Shown in pieces: positions 36,187 to 49,689 of a DNA stretch of 64,000 nucleotides. Numbering within the stretch: the first letter of the stretch is position 1; the number at the start of each line of letters is the position of its first letter. A program made the translations under genes and the position numbers. The notes under the pieces are model-generated. The model did no database searches and was not told the DNA's origin. It worked only from the letters and a program-made list of their open reading frames with translations. Source of the stretch: Heterodontus francisci (taxonomy: Eukaryota); assembly GCF_036365525.1 (NCBI RefSeq), contig NC_090380.1:60540712-60604711 (forward strand), written 5' to 3'.

Positions 36187-39100
36187 TCTCTGCTGAGGCT
36201 TATAAGGCTGAAGCTAAATTACGCATGGAGTACTTCTGTCTCTTTTATTTTACCCACCTCACTTTGAATACAGCAGTGACAGTCCCACTGCTGCACCACC
36301 AGCATTTTCCTGAGGGAGCACAGTCTTGGTGAAACTCTGTTGTGAAGAGGATAATCCCAGCCTAAAACTCGTGGAGGTATTTAGTATAATAAATAGGATA
36401 GAAAAGAGAAAAACTAACACAAATTCAGTTGTGACAATAAGACAAGGGGACACAAATTCAAAATTGTGAAAGGGCAATTTAGGACTGATATCGAAACCTT
36501 GGGCTGAATTTTCAAGGATCAGTGGTGAGTTTTAAAACCAATGTGTGCAACGTGGAGCTGCTGCGAGTCAGTAACATGGAAGGAGCGGAACGCCATCCCC
36601 CCCCGAAGATGTAGGGGGGCAAGCGCGCCATCCCTGGCAACGGCGTCCAGCGCAACCACGCAGGTGCCGGCGCCATTTTTAAAGGGCTTCAAGCCCTTCA
36701 GTTCCATTTACATTTATAAAGAGAACTGCCCCTCTTCCACCCTCCCCCCCACAATGACCAAACAAGTTATTTATTTCCTGCTCAGCCCCCAAAAAAACAT
36801 TTTTGCCGGTCCTGAACTTTCACCCCCAAACTTTAATATCTTTGACCTTCAACCCCTACCCACCATCCCATCAGCCAATAGTAACTGTCCCCTCTCCCCG
36901 CCCCCCCCCAACCCTGAAAACTTCACTCCTGGCCCCTCCCCACCAGTGTTCCAGCACAGATCTCTGAATGGAGATCCGAAGGCGCAAGTCTTCTGGCAAC
37001 TGACCAGAATATCGGTGTGGGACGGCCGTCGTGGAAAGGTAAGTAATTATTCAGTGATTTTAATTTATTTAAATATTGAAATTAAGGTTCTGGTGCCAAG
37101 CGGCGGAGGGGCCGCCACAAGGCCTTGCCGCTGCCGGTAAAATGGAGCAGGGCCTTCCCGGCGTCGAGGCCCATGGCGGGCCTCTCCCGGAAGGATTTCC
37201 CACCATGACCCCCAACGTCAGGATGCTAGTAAAATTCAGCCCTTAGAAATTATCAGCACACAGTGTGCTGTTTGTCCTCTCATGCCTGTCCCAGTCTTAG
37301 CTCTTCATTTGCAGTTAACTAATGTGCTCTTCTTTACCCAAAAAATGATCAATATATGGACCTGACTGCTGGTATTATTATAGTTGCTGATAAATCCCAA
37401 TAATTTTCTAGCTTGTAACCGCTTCAGTGAAGCTTTATTTCAAGGGCACCAAATTATACATTTCTTTGCACGAAATATACAAATTTTGTTTATTGCTGGT
37501 TGATTTCTTTTAGTCAGGATTGTTCCTTAATATTTGGTTCATTCTTCCATGATGTGCGAACCCATTCTTCTTTGGCCTCCTTATCTCGAGAGACAATGGG
37601 TAAGTGCCTGGAGGTGGTCAGTGGTGTGTGGAGCAGCGCCTGGAGTGGCTATAAAGGCGAATACTAGAGTGACAGACTCTTCCACAGGTGCTGCAGATAA
37701 AATTGGTTGTCAGGGCTGTTTCGCAGTTGGCTCTCCCCTTGCGCTTCTGTCTTTTTTCCTGCCAACTGCTAAGTCTCTTCGACTCGCCACACTTTAGCCC
37801 CACCTTTATAGCTGCCCGCCAGCTCTGGCGAACGCTGGCAACTGACTCCCACGACTTGTGATCAATGTCACAGGACTTCATGTCGCGTTTGCAGACGTCT
37901 TTAAAGCGGAGACATGGACGGCCGGTGGGTCTGATACCAGTGGCGAGCTCGCTGTACAATGTGTCTTTGGGGATCCTGCCATCTTCCATGCGGCACACTG
38001 GCCAAGCCATCTCAAGCGCCGCTGACTCAGTAGTGTGTACAAGCTGGGGATGTTGGCCGTCTCGAGGACTTCTGTGTTGGAGATACGGTCCTGCCACCTG
38101 ATGCCAAGTATTCTCCGGAGGCAGCGAAGATGGAATGAATTGAGACGTCGCTCTTGGCTGACATACATTGTCCAGGCCTCGTTGCCATAGAGCAAGGTAC
38201 TGAGGACACAGGCTTGATACACTCGAACTTTTGTGTTCTGTGTCAGTGCGCCATTTTCCCACACTCTCTTGGCCTGTCTGGACATAGCAATGGAAGCCTT
38301 TCCCATGCGCTTGTTGATTTCTGCATCTGGAGACAGCTTACTGGTGATAGTTGAGCCTAGGTAGGTGAATTCTTGAACCACTTCCAGAGCATGGTCGTCA
38401 ATATTGATGGATGGAGCATTTCTGACGTCCTGTCCCATGATGTTCGTTTTCTTGAGGCTGACGGTTAGGCCAAATTCGTTGCAGACAGCCGCAAACCTGT
38501 CGATGAGTCTCTGCAGACACTCTTCAGTGTGAGATGTTAAAGCAGCATCGTCAGCAAAGAGGAGTTCCCTGATGAGGACTTTCCGAACTTTGGACTTCGC
38601 TCTTAGACGGGCAAGGTTGAACAACCTGCCCCCTTATCTTGTGTGGAGGAAAATTCCTTCTTCTGAAGACTTGAACGCATGTGAGAGCAGCAGGGAGAAA
38701 AAAATCCCAAAAAGTGTGGGTGCGAGAACACAGCCCTTTTTATCGCCACTCAGGATAGGAAAGGGGTCTGATGAGGTGTCGCTCTGTTGAATTGTGCCTT
38801 TCATATTGTCATGGAATGAGGTGATGATACTTAGTAGCTTTGGTGGACATCCAATCTTTTCTAGTAGTCTGAAGAGACCACGTCTGCTGACGAGGTCAAA
38901 GGCTTTGGTGAGATCAATGAAAGCAATGTCGAGGGGCATCTGTTGTTCGCGGCATTTCTCCTGTATCTGACGAAGGGAGAACAGCATGTCAATGATCGAT
39001 CTCTCTGTACGAAAGCCACACTGTGCCTCAGGGTAGACGCGCTTGGCCAGCTTCTGGAGCCTGTTTAAAGCGACTCGAGCAAAGACTTTCCCCACTGTGC

Positions 39101-39648
39101 TGAGCAGGGAGATTCCACGTTAGTTGTTGCAGTCGCCGTGATCACCTTTGTTTTTATAGAGGGTGATGATATTGGCATTGCGCATGTCCTGAGGTACTGC
39201 TCCCTCGTCCAAGCACAGGCAAAGCAGTTCATGTAGTGCTGAGAGTATAGCAGGCTTGGCACTCTTGATTATTTCAGGGGTAATGCTGTCCTTCCCAGGG
39301 GCTTTTCCGCTGCTAGAGAATCAATGGCATCACTGAGTTCCATTATGCCTATGAATACAAAAGTGCAGTAATTATGCCTCAAGTATGACATGACTAATAC
39401 CAAGAAAATAATATAGTGAAGAAATAGTGGGATAGAATTCCTGACAGAAAGTATGTGATGTCGATTAGAACAGAGTGAGTAAGGAATAAGCAGCAATCTA
39501 ATATCAGAGGAGTAGAGACTGCATGAAGATGTACATGACTAGTCTTGTCTGAGCAATCCTGTCCAATTACTGCTGCTCCCTGAGGCCATTATAGAAAAGG
39601 TAGTGGTAGATCTTCAAAAGGGGCAATAACAAGTTGGCTTCTCCTGAT
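36187..39648 (+). repeat. Local duplication copy B (contains MITE 36501-37242; split by RTE)
   Basis: Collinear with 30042-31580; resumes at 39341 after the RTE insert. Confidence 0.9.
37566..39340 (-). mobile_element. 5'-truncated RTE LINE, frameshifted
   Basis: ORFs 38634-39095, 37878-38624 and 37618-38262 match the other RTE copies; short CCATT TSD. Confidence 0.92.
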
Positions 39649-39694
39649 GGAGGAGGAGGTCCTTGTATCACCCTCCTCACCCTCCATTCCACTC

Positions 39695-39950
39695 TAGGGT
39701 TGCCAACCATCCAGGATTGACCTGGAGTATTCAAGAATTAAAAATGAATCTACTCGACATTGCTGAAAGCAATCCATGAATAAAAATCATAGGAATATTA
39801 AAAATAATAATTCCTGTTGAGCACTTTAATTTATTAGTTCTAAAATTGTTCGAGATGGAAAAAAGGCTATTTGACTAGGTGTGGTGGTTGGAAGTCGGAA
39901 ATCATGTGGTGAAAGCTCCAGGAATACATCCAATCATGTTGGAAACCCTG
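39695..39950. mobile_element. hAT-like MITE
   Basis: TAGGGTTGCCAAC...GTTGGAAACCCTG inverted termini with subterminal CCTGGAG/CTCCAGG. Confidence 0.6.
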
Positions 39951-41381
39951 TTCTGGCCCTTGTTACCTTTTTGTACTGAACTTCCTATCTTCAGGGTAGA
40001 TTTGGACCAGTAACTGACCGTCCACTAGTTCTCTGCAGCATCACTGGAAATTCATGACCAAACAATGGCGGGCTCACTCTTCATGGCGAGAAGCCCTCTG
40101 TGCATATGGGCTGAACCCCCAAATTGGGAAATTGGCTCAGGTTTCCATTAGTGCTGTAGGGTTGAGTGAAATTCCCGCTCGACTAGAAGACGGGTGCTGG
40201 GAGGATAATCCCAGCACCTTTGTCTAAACTGGACTTAACCTCTGATCTCCCCCAAATTGCTTATGCTCAGGAATTCCCCATTTGAGGTGCCAATCAAGGC
40301 TATCACCTCGAATCAGAAACCTTCTACATGGTTTCTACACAGCCTATACAACTAAGACCTTAGGCTGTGCTCACATGAATTAAACAATTTCCAAACTATT
40401 AGTTGTGAATGGCACGGAAATATCTAAATAAGCTCCGCCACCATTTTCTCAAGCTGAATTGGTGCGCAAGAAGAAGCAATTCTCCAGCTGATTTATCTGA
40501 ATCTAATCCATGCTCCAAGAAGCAGAGTTTGTTCAGATTTAATTCCTTGAGGTGAATTTAATGTAAGATTATCATAATATAAATGAATTCAAAATCTCAG
40601 AATAGCCTGTGGTATAAAAGTCTGAAAGGGTTAATGTTTGAGACAGTGAGAGTAATCCCTTCCACTGTAGTGGTGATGATGATGTAATAGTTACAGGGGT
40701 AATTGGCTTGGAAGAAGCAAGAAGCATCATGAGAGGTGCTAGCCAGACATGCTTAAGGAGAGTGTATATAATAGTGTAAATGCAATGGGCTGAATCTTCT
40801 GTGCTCGCCGCCAATGTTGGCGAAATACGACAGTCCGGACAGTCATGGAAGCACGCAATCTACCGTGCAGCAGCTTATTTGAATAGCCAGGGTGGGCCAC
40901 CCACTCCCCCCGCCGATCACATGGAGGGGGCGAGCTGTCCATCCCCAACAATGGTGTCAGCTGCATGTGCGCAGGTGCTGACTCCATTTTTAAAGGGCTG
41001 TCAGCCCTACCAGGAGATTTAAATATTTAAAGATAAAGTGAATAATAACCATAAAATTATTACATTTCTCTTCCCCCCCCAAAAAGATATACCTTTACAA
41101 TTTGACCTTCCCCCACCACCAAACTGCATAAACTTTAACCTCAAACCCTTCCCACCATCGCCTATACCCATGACATTAATTTGACCCCTTAGCTCCTCTC
41201 CCGCACTGAGAAACTTACCTCCTCCCCCCTCCCCACCAGTGTGGTGCCTTGTTTCCCCAGACAGGAATCCAAAGGCATGGGAGTGCCGGCACTGGGCTGA
41301 AGATCAGAGCGGGAATTTTGGCGGTGAGGTAAGTATCATTAATTCATTAATTTTCATTTATTTAAATATGCAAATATATAA

Positions 41382-44147
41382 ACACTGGCGGGCAAGATAA
41401 AGGAAAATCCCAAGGCGTTTTATAAGTATATTAAGGGAAAGTGGATAACCAGGGGAAGAGTAGGGCCCATTCGGGACCAAAGTGGCAATCTGTGTGGAGC
41501 CGGAGGATATAGGTGAGGTTTTAAATGATTGCTTTTCATCTGTGTTCTCTGTGGAGAAAGACGATGCAGGTGTAGAGATCAGGGAGGGGCATTGTGATAT
41601 ACCTGAACATATTAGCATTGCAAGGGAGGAAGTATTAGCGGGCTTAAAAGTGGATAAATTCCCAGGGCCAGATGAGATGTATCCCAGGCTGTTATGTGAG
41701 GCAAGGAGATTGCAGGGGCTCTGACACAAATTTTCAAGTCCTCTCTCGTCACGTGAGAGGTGTCAGAGGACTGGAGGACAGTGAATGTGAAACCATTATT
41801 CAAGAAGGGTAGTAGGGATAAACCAGGTAATTACAGGCCGGTGAGTCTAACATCAGTGGTAGGGAAACTATTGGAAAAATTCTGAGGGACAGGATTAATC
41901 TCCACTTGCAGAGGCAGGGATTAATCAGGCATAATAATAAAAGCAAAATACTGCGGATGCTGGAAATCTGAAACATAAACAAGAAATGCTGGATTCACTC
42001 AGCAGGTCTGGCAGCATCTGTGGAAAGAGAAGCAGAGTTAACGTTTCGGGTCAGTGACCCTTCTTCGGAACTGACAAATATTAGAAAAGTCACAGATTAT
42101 AAACAAGTAAGGTGGGGGTTGGGCAAGAGATAACAAAGGAGAAGGTGCAGATTGGACCAGGCCACATAGCTGACCAAAAGGTCACGGAGCAAAGGCAAAC
42201 AATATGTTAATGGTGTGTTGAAAGACAAAGCATTAGTACAGATTAGGTGTGAATATACTGAATATTGAACATCAGCAAGTGCAAACCTGAAGAAAAACAA
42301 CCTGAAAAAAACAGTGGGTAAGCAAACTGAACAAACTAAGATGAAATGAAATAAATGCAAAAAAAGATTGTAAAAAATGTAAAAAGGAATGCAAAAAAAA
42401 AGGAAGAAAAAATAACTAAAAATGACTAAAAATGAAAGTAAAGTGGGGGGCTGTCATGCTCTGAAATTATTGAACTCAATGTTCAGTCCGGCAGGCTGTA
42501 GTGTGCCTAATCGGTAGATGAGATGCTGTTCCTCGAGCTTGCGTTGATGTTCACTGGAACACTGCAGCAATCCCAGGACAGAGATGTGAACATGAGAGCA
42601 GGGGGGAGTGTTGAAATGGCAAGCAACCGGAAGCTCAGGGTCCTGCTTGCGGACTGAGCGGAGATGTTCCGCAAAGCGGTCACCCAGTCTGCGCTTGGTC
42701 TCCCCAATGTAGAGGAGACCACACTGTGAGCAGCGAATACAGTATACTACATTGAAAGAAGTACAAGTAAATCGCTGCTTCACCTGAAAGGAGTGTTTGG
42801 GACCTGGGATAGTGAGGAGAGAGGAGGTAAATGGGCAGGTATTACACCTTAATCAGGCATAGTCAGCATGGCTTTGTCAGGGGGGGATTGTGTCTAACAA
42901 ACCTGATTGAATTTTTTGAGATGGTGACTAGATGTGTAGATGTGGGTAAAGCAGTTGATGTAGTCTACATGGACTTCAGTCAGCTGTTGATAAGGTCCTG
43001 CATAGCAGATTAGTCAAGAAGGTAAGAGCCCATGGGTTCCAGGGCAATTTGGCAAATTGGATCCAAAATTGGCTTAGTGGCAGGAGGCAGAAGGTGATGG
43101 TCGAGGGTTGTTTTTGCGAGTGGAAGCCTGTGACCAGTGGTGTACCGCAGAGATCGGTGCTGGGACCCTTGCTGTTTGTAGTGCACATTAATGATTTAGG
43201 CATGAATATAGGACGTATATCAGTAAGTTAGCAGATGACATGAAAACTGGTGGTGTCGTAAATAGTGAGGAGGTAAGCCTTAGATTACAGGACAATATAG
43301 ATGGGCTGGTAAGATGGGCAGAGCAGTGGCAAATGGAATTTAATCCTGAGAAGTGTGAGATGATGCATTTTGGGAGGACTAACAAGGCAAGGGAATATAC
43401 AATGGATGGTAGGACCCTAGGAAGTACGGAGGGTCAAAGGGACCTTGGTGTACTTGTCCATAGATCACTGAAGGCAGCAGCACAGGTAGATAAGATAGTT
43501 CGGAAGACAGATGGGATACTTGCCTTTATTAGCCAAGTCATAGAATATAAGAGCAGGGAGGTTACGATGGAGCTGTATAAAACCTAGTTAGGCCACAGCT
43601 GGAGTTCTGTGTACAGTTCTGGGCACCACACTATAGGAAGGATGTGATTGCACTGGAGAGGGTGCAGAGGACATTCACCAGGATGTTGCCTGGGCTGGAG
43701 CATTTCTGCTATGAAGAGAGACTGGAAAGGCTATGGTTGTTTTCCTTAGAGCAGAGAAGGCTGAGGGGGGACATGATTGAGGTATGCAAAATTATGAGGG
43801 GCATTGATAGGTTAGAATGGAAGAAACTTTTTCCCTGAGTGGAGGGGTCAATAACCAGGGGACATAGATTTAAGGTCAGGGGCAGGAAGTTTAGAGGGGA
43901 TTTGAGGAAAAAAAATTTCAGCCAGAGGATGGTTGGAATCTGGAACACACTGCCTGAAGGGGTGGTAGAGGCAGGAACCCTCACAACATTTAAGAAGTAT
44001 TTAGATGAGCACTTGAAATGCCATAGCATACAAGGCTACAGGCCAATTGCTGGAATATGGGATTAGAATAGTTAGGTGCTTGATGGCCGGCACAGACACG
44101 ATGGGCCGAAGGGCCTGTGTCTATGTTGTATAACTCTATGACTCTAT
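41382..44147 (+). mobile_element. CR1/HER1 LINE, 5'-truncated
   Basis: RT fragments (SQHGFV, VDVVYMDFS, GVPQRSVLGP, WQMEFNPEKC, TRGHRFK) and (ACTCTAT)-type tail. Confidence 0.9.
41934..42848 (-). mobile_element. 5'-truncated Penelope-like element (GIY-YIG end plus pLTR; hammerhead at 42037-42071)
   Basis: Near-identical to the 3' part of 49690-52042; TSD TTAATCAGGCATA at 41921 and 42849. Confidence 0.93.
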
Positions 44148-44894
44148 TATGCCATTTTCCCATGCCATCCCCCATAACAATTACACTAACAATTTTCCCT
44201 TTCCCACCAAAATACTTACCCTTTTACATCTGACCTTCGCACCTGCCCCCCCACCGCCCACACTACACAATGTTTCAGGTTCACCCCTTCCCACCATCCC
44301 CTACACCCATATGCTTTTTTGACCCCATCCTCCCCTGCCCTGACAAATTTACCTCCTCCCCCCTCCCGACCTGAGTGGTGCAGGAGTGCTGGCCGCTGCG
44401 TCGAAGATTGAGGCGTGCCCTCAAGATTGGAAGTAGTATTTTTAAATTTATTACTTTTATTGACTTGCATATTTAAATTGTGCTCCCGTCCCCCGGCAGT
44501 GGAGGGGGTGGCCATGGAGCGTCACCGCCACTGGGAGATCGAGCCGGGCCCTGCTGGCATCGAGGTTCATCACGGACCTCATTTGGAGCCATTTTCAGGC
44601 CCCCTCCCCTCCGCCACGTATCACGCGTTGAGTACTTGTTAAAATTGGTCCATTGTCTAATGGCACACTGGGCAGGCGAATCAGGGAGAAAACCAATCCC
44701 TCACGAAGGGCGGGTCTGGAGTTGGCGGCCATTACGCAAGGACACCATGCAGCTGAAGCATGGAAAAACCTCCAAAAAGCACGAGAACTCCGAAAAGAGT
44801 GCGAAACCTCAAAAAAGAGCGGGAATACCTCCACTAAAGCAATGAAAATTTCTAAACCCCAGAGAGTTTAACAAAGGATAGATTCAAAATATGC

Positions 44895-45660
44895 AATGCC
44901 TGAAAGCTTTCAGAATTCGGAAGGACCCAACCAGATACAGAATTGGTCAATGTGGAGAAAAAGATTTCTAATATTTAGAATAGCTTCTCTGCTACACACC
45001 AAATCTCAAGCAGAGGAAGCAAATACTCTACTCCATGGGTGCAATTGCTGATGACGTGATTGTAAGACAAGGTATTAATGATGCTTCAGACAAGTTTGAT
45101 GATGTCTTACAAGCCTTTGATAAATACTTTAATTGAAGAAGCAATAAGATCCTGGAAAGAACAAAGGATCCAGAAGCTGGGCAAATCAGTGGACGCTTTC
45201 ATGAATGATTTGTACAGGTTGGCTGAGAGATGTGAGTCTGGAGAACTGAAGTCTGAATTGATAAGGGACCGAATAGTAGTGGGAATAGCTCACGAGTCTT
45301 TATCAGATCTCTTACAGTCAAAAGAAGACAGACATCCCCCTTGAGAAAGTGATTCAGATGCTGCGACAGGCAGAGATCCGAAGAGAAAATAGAGCCTTCC
45401 TGCGGACTAAAGCGAAGCCTTGGATCAGAAAAAAATCCAAATCCAGGATGGAAAAGCAATCACCAGACAAGAAGTTACACTCAGGTGGAAAAGTGCAAGA
45501 TTAAACCCTTCCAGTGCTGTGGTGCCAGAAAGCTACACAGACTTGAACAGTCTCCTACAGAATGCTTTACTTGCAAAAAGACAGGCCATTTTGGAAAGAT
45601 ATGCCAGAGCAAGAACTCTTCTTACAAATATGCCAAACAAAAAGCCTTCACGCAATGGAG
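44895..45660 (+). pseudogene. gag: Gypsy gag remnant
   Basis: DLYRLAERCESGELKSELIRDRIVVGI and CCHC knuckle CFTCKKTGHFGKIC. Confidence 0.8.
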
Positions 45661-46971
45661 TTGTTTTTTTTATTCATTCATGGGATTTGGGCATCGCTGG
45701 CCAAGCCAGCATTTATTGCCCATCCCTAATTGCCCTCGAGAAGACGGTGGTGAGCTGCCTTCTTGAATCGCTGCAGTCCATGTGAGGTAGGTACACCCAC
45801 AGTGGTGTTAGGAAGGGAGTTCCAGGATTTTGATCCAGTGACAGTGAAGGAACGTCGATATAGTTCTAAGTCAGGATAGCGTGGGCTTGGAGGGGAACTT
45901 GCTGGTGGTGGTGTTCCCATGCATTTGCTGCCCTTGTCCTTCTAGGTGGTAAAGGTCATGAGTTTGGAAGGTGCTGTCTAAGGAGCCTTGGTGCATTGCT
46001 TCAGTACATCTTGTAGATGGGACACACTGCTGTCACTGTGCGTCGGTGGTGGAAGGAGTGAATGTTTGTGGATGGGGTGCCAATCAAGCAGGTTGCTTTG
46101 TCCTGCATAGTATTGAGCTTCTTGAGTGTTGTTGGAGCTGCACCCATCCAGGCAAGTGGAGTGTATTCCATCACACTCCTGAATTGTGCCTTGTAGATGG
46201 TGGACAGGCTTTGGGGAGACAGGAGGTGAGTTACTTGCAGCAGGATTCCGAGCCTCTGACCTGCTCTTGTAGCCATGGTATTTATATGGCTGGTCCAGTT
46301 TAGTTTCTGGTCAATGATAACCCCCAGGATGTTGATAGTGGGGGATTCAGCGATGGTAATGCCATTGAATGTCAAGGGGAGATGGTTAGATTCTGTTTTA
46401 TTGGAGATGGTCATTGCCTGTCACTTGTGTGCACTTGTGTTGCGCAAATGTTATTTGCCACTTATCAGCCCAAGCCTGGATATTGTCCAGGTCTTGCTAC
46501 ATTTCCACACAGACTGGTTCAGTATCTGAGGAGTCATGAATGGTGCTGAACATTGTGCAATCATCAGCGAACATCCCCACTTCTGACCTTATAATTGAAG
46601 GAAGGTCATTGATGAAGCAGCTGAAGATGGTTGGGCCTAGGACACTACCCTGAGGAATTTCTGCAGTGATGGCCTGGAACCGAGATGATTGATCTCCAAC
46701 AATCACAACCATCTTCCTTTCCGCTAGGTATGACTCCAAACAACGGAAAGTTTTCCCCTGATTCCCATTGATTCCAGTTTTGCTCTGGCTCCTTGATGCC
46801 ATGAAGGCATTTATGATTTTAAACCCGAGTAAGGACTGAACCAACTCAGGAGTTCATCCCTATGAATCTCCTTTAATTAAGTTGAAACCAGACAAATTCT
46901 TATAGACACAAAAACAAGAAATGCTGGAATCACTCAGCAGGTCTGGCAGCATCTGTGGAAAGAGAAGCAGA

Positions 46972-47006
46972 GTTAACGTTTCGGGTCAGTGACCCTTCTT
47001 CGGAAC
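46972..47006 (-). ncRNA. Minimal hammerhead ribozyme (variant CCGAAGA core)
   Basis: GTT-CCGAAGA-a-GGGTCActGACCC-GAAAC-GTT-AAC on the minus strand. Confidence 0.6.
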
Positions 47007-47373
47007 TGACAAATATTAGAAAAGTCACAGATTATAAGCAAGTGAGGTGGGGGTGGGGCAAGAGATAACAAAGGAGAAGGTGCAGATTGGACCAGGCCAC
47101 ATAGCTGACCAAAAGGTCACGGAGCAAAGGCAAACAATATGTTAATGGTGTGTTGAAAGACAAAGCATTAGTACAGATTAGGTGTGAATACACTGAATAT
47201 TGAACAGCAGCAAGTGCAAACCTGAAAAAAACCTGAAAAAACAGTGGGTAAGCAAACTGAACAAACTAAGATGAAATGAAATAAATGCAAAAAAAGATTG
47301 TAAAAAATGTAAAAAAGAATGTAAAAAAAAAGGAAGAAAAAATAACTAAAAATGAAAGTAAAGTGGGGGGCTG

Positions 47374-49675
47374 TCATGCTCTGAAATTATTGAACTCAAT
47401 GTTCAGTCCGGCAGGCTGTAGTGTGCCTAATCGGTAGATGAGATGCTGTTCCTCGAGCTTGCGTTGATGTTCACTGGAACACTGCAGCAATCCCAGGACA
47501 GAGATGTGAGCATGAGAGCAGGGGGGAGTGTTGAAATGGCAAGCAACCGGAAGCTCAGGGTCCTGCTTGCGGACTGAGCGGAGATGTTCCGCAAAGCGGT
47601 CACCCAGTCTGCGCTTGGTCTCCCCAATGTAGAGGAGACCACACTGTGAGCAGCGAATACAGTATACTACATTGAAAGAAGTACAAGTAAATCGCTGCTT
47701 CACCTGAAAGGAGTGTTTGGGGCCTGGGATAGTGAGGAGAGAGGAGGTAAATGGGCAGGTATTACACCTCCTGCGATTGCAGGGGAAGGTGCCCTGGGAC
47801 GGGGACGAGGTGGTGGGGGTAATGGAGGAGTGGACCAGGGTGTCGCGGAGGGAACGATCCCTTCGGAATGCTGACAGGGGAAGGGAGGGGAAGATGCGAC
47901 TGGTAGTGGCATCACGCTGGAGGTGGTGAAAATGGCGGAGGATGATCCTTTGGATATGGAGGCTGGTGGGATGAAAAGTGAGGACAAGGGGAACCCTATC
48001 ACGGTTCTGGGAGGGAGGGGAAGGGGTGAGGGTAGAGGTGCGGGGAATGGGTCGGACACGGTTGAGGGCCCTGTCAACCACAGTGGGGGGAAATCCTCGG
48101 TTGAGGAAAAAGGAGGTCATATCAGAAGCACCGTCATGGAAGGTAGCATCATCAGAGCAGATGTGTCGGAGACGGAGAAACTGGGAGAATGGAATGGAGT
48201 CCTTACAGGAGGTAGGGTGTGAAGAGGTGTAGTCGAGGTAGCTGTGGGAGTCGGTGGGCTTATAATGGATATTGGTAGACAACCTATCCCCAGAGATGGA
48301 GACAGAGAAGTCGAGGAAGGGAAGGGAAGTGTCAGAGATGGACCATGTAAAGGTGAGAGATGGGTGGAAATTGGAAGCAAAGTTGATAAAGTTTTCTAGT
48401 TCGGGCCGGGAGCAGGAAACGGCACCGATACAGTCATCAATGTACCGGAAAAAGAGTTAGGGGAGGGGGCCTGAGTAGGACTGGAACAAAGAATGCTCGA
48501 CATATCCCACAAAAAGACAGGCATAACTAGGACCCATGCGGGTACCCATAGCGACACCTTTTACTTGAAGGAAGTGCGTGGAGTTGAAGGAGAAGTTGTT
48601 CAATGTGAGAACAAGTTCAGCCAGGCGGAGGAGGGTGGTGGTGGATGGGGACTGGTTGGGCCTCTGTTCCAGGAAGAAGCGGAGAGCCCTCAAACCATCC
48701 TGGTGGGGGATGGAGGTGTAGAGCGATTGGACATTCACAGTAAAGAGGAGGCGGTTGGGACCAGGAAACTGGAAATTGTCAAAATGACGTAGGGCGTCAG
48801 AAGAGTCACGGATGTAGGTGGGAAGAGACTGGACCAGCGGAGAAAAGATAGAGTCTAGATAGGAAGAAATAAGTTCAGTGGGGCAGGAGCAGGCTGACAC
48901 AATGGGTCTGCCGGGACAGTCCCGTTTGTGGATTTTGGGAAGGAGGTAGAAGCGGGCTGTCCGGGGTTGTGGGACTATGAGGTTGTAAGCCGTAGAGGGA
49001 AGATCTCCAGAGGAGATGAGGTCAGTGACAGTCCTTTGGACGGTGGCTTGATGTTCGGTGGTGGGGTCATGGTCCAGAGGGAGGTAGGAAGAGGTGTCTG
49101 TGAGTTGGTGTTGAGCTTCTGCAAGGTAGAGGTCGGTACGCCATACAACAACAGCACCACCCTTGTCTGCAGGTTTGATGACCATGTCGGGGTTAGACCT
49201 GAGAGAACGGAGTGCCTCAAGTTCAGAGGGGGACAGGTTAGAGTGAGTGAGGGGGGCAGAGAAATTGAGACGACCAATGTCTCGCCGACAGTTTTCAATG
49301 ACGAGATCAAGAGCGGGTAAGAGGCCAGAGGGAGGGGTCCAGGTAGAGGGAGAATGCTGGAGGCGGGTGAATGGGTCTGCTGGTCGGGGGGAAGACTCCT
49401 GGTCGAAGAAGTGAGCCCGGAGGCGGAGGCAACGGAAGAAGAGCTCAACGTCATGCCGAGCGCAAAATTCATTGAGGTGGGGGCGTAAGGGGATAAAACT
49501 GAGACCTTTGCTGAGTACAGAACGCTCAGCATCAGAGAGGGGGAGGTCAGAGGGTATAGTGAATACACGGCAAGGGGTCAGATCAGAAGGGGTGGGGTCA
49601 GAGGGAAGTGAAGCGGAAGGAGGATCTGGAGGGGCATTAGTCCCCATCAGCTGTTGGAGCTTGCGTTCCTTAACA
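47374..49675 (-). pseudogene. PLE RT + GIY-YIG ORF, minus arm (5'-truncated, nonsense codon at 48457-48459)
   Basis: ORFs 48457-49992 and 47374-48282 mirror the plus-arm ORF. Confidence 0.9.
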
Positions 49676-49689
49676 ATATCCATTACAAG

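Larger units (their letters stand above)
40787..44651. mobile_element. Harbinger-like MITE inserted in the Gypsy 5' LTR, split by a CR1
   Basis: GGGCTGAATCTT start, degenerate AAAATTGGTCC end; body similar to the other copies. Confidence 0.65.
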
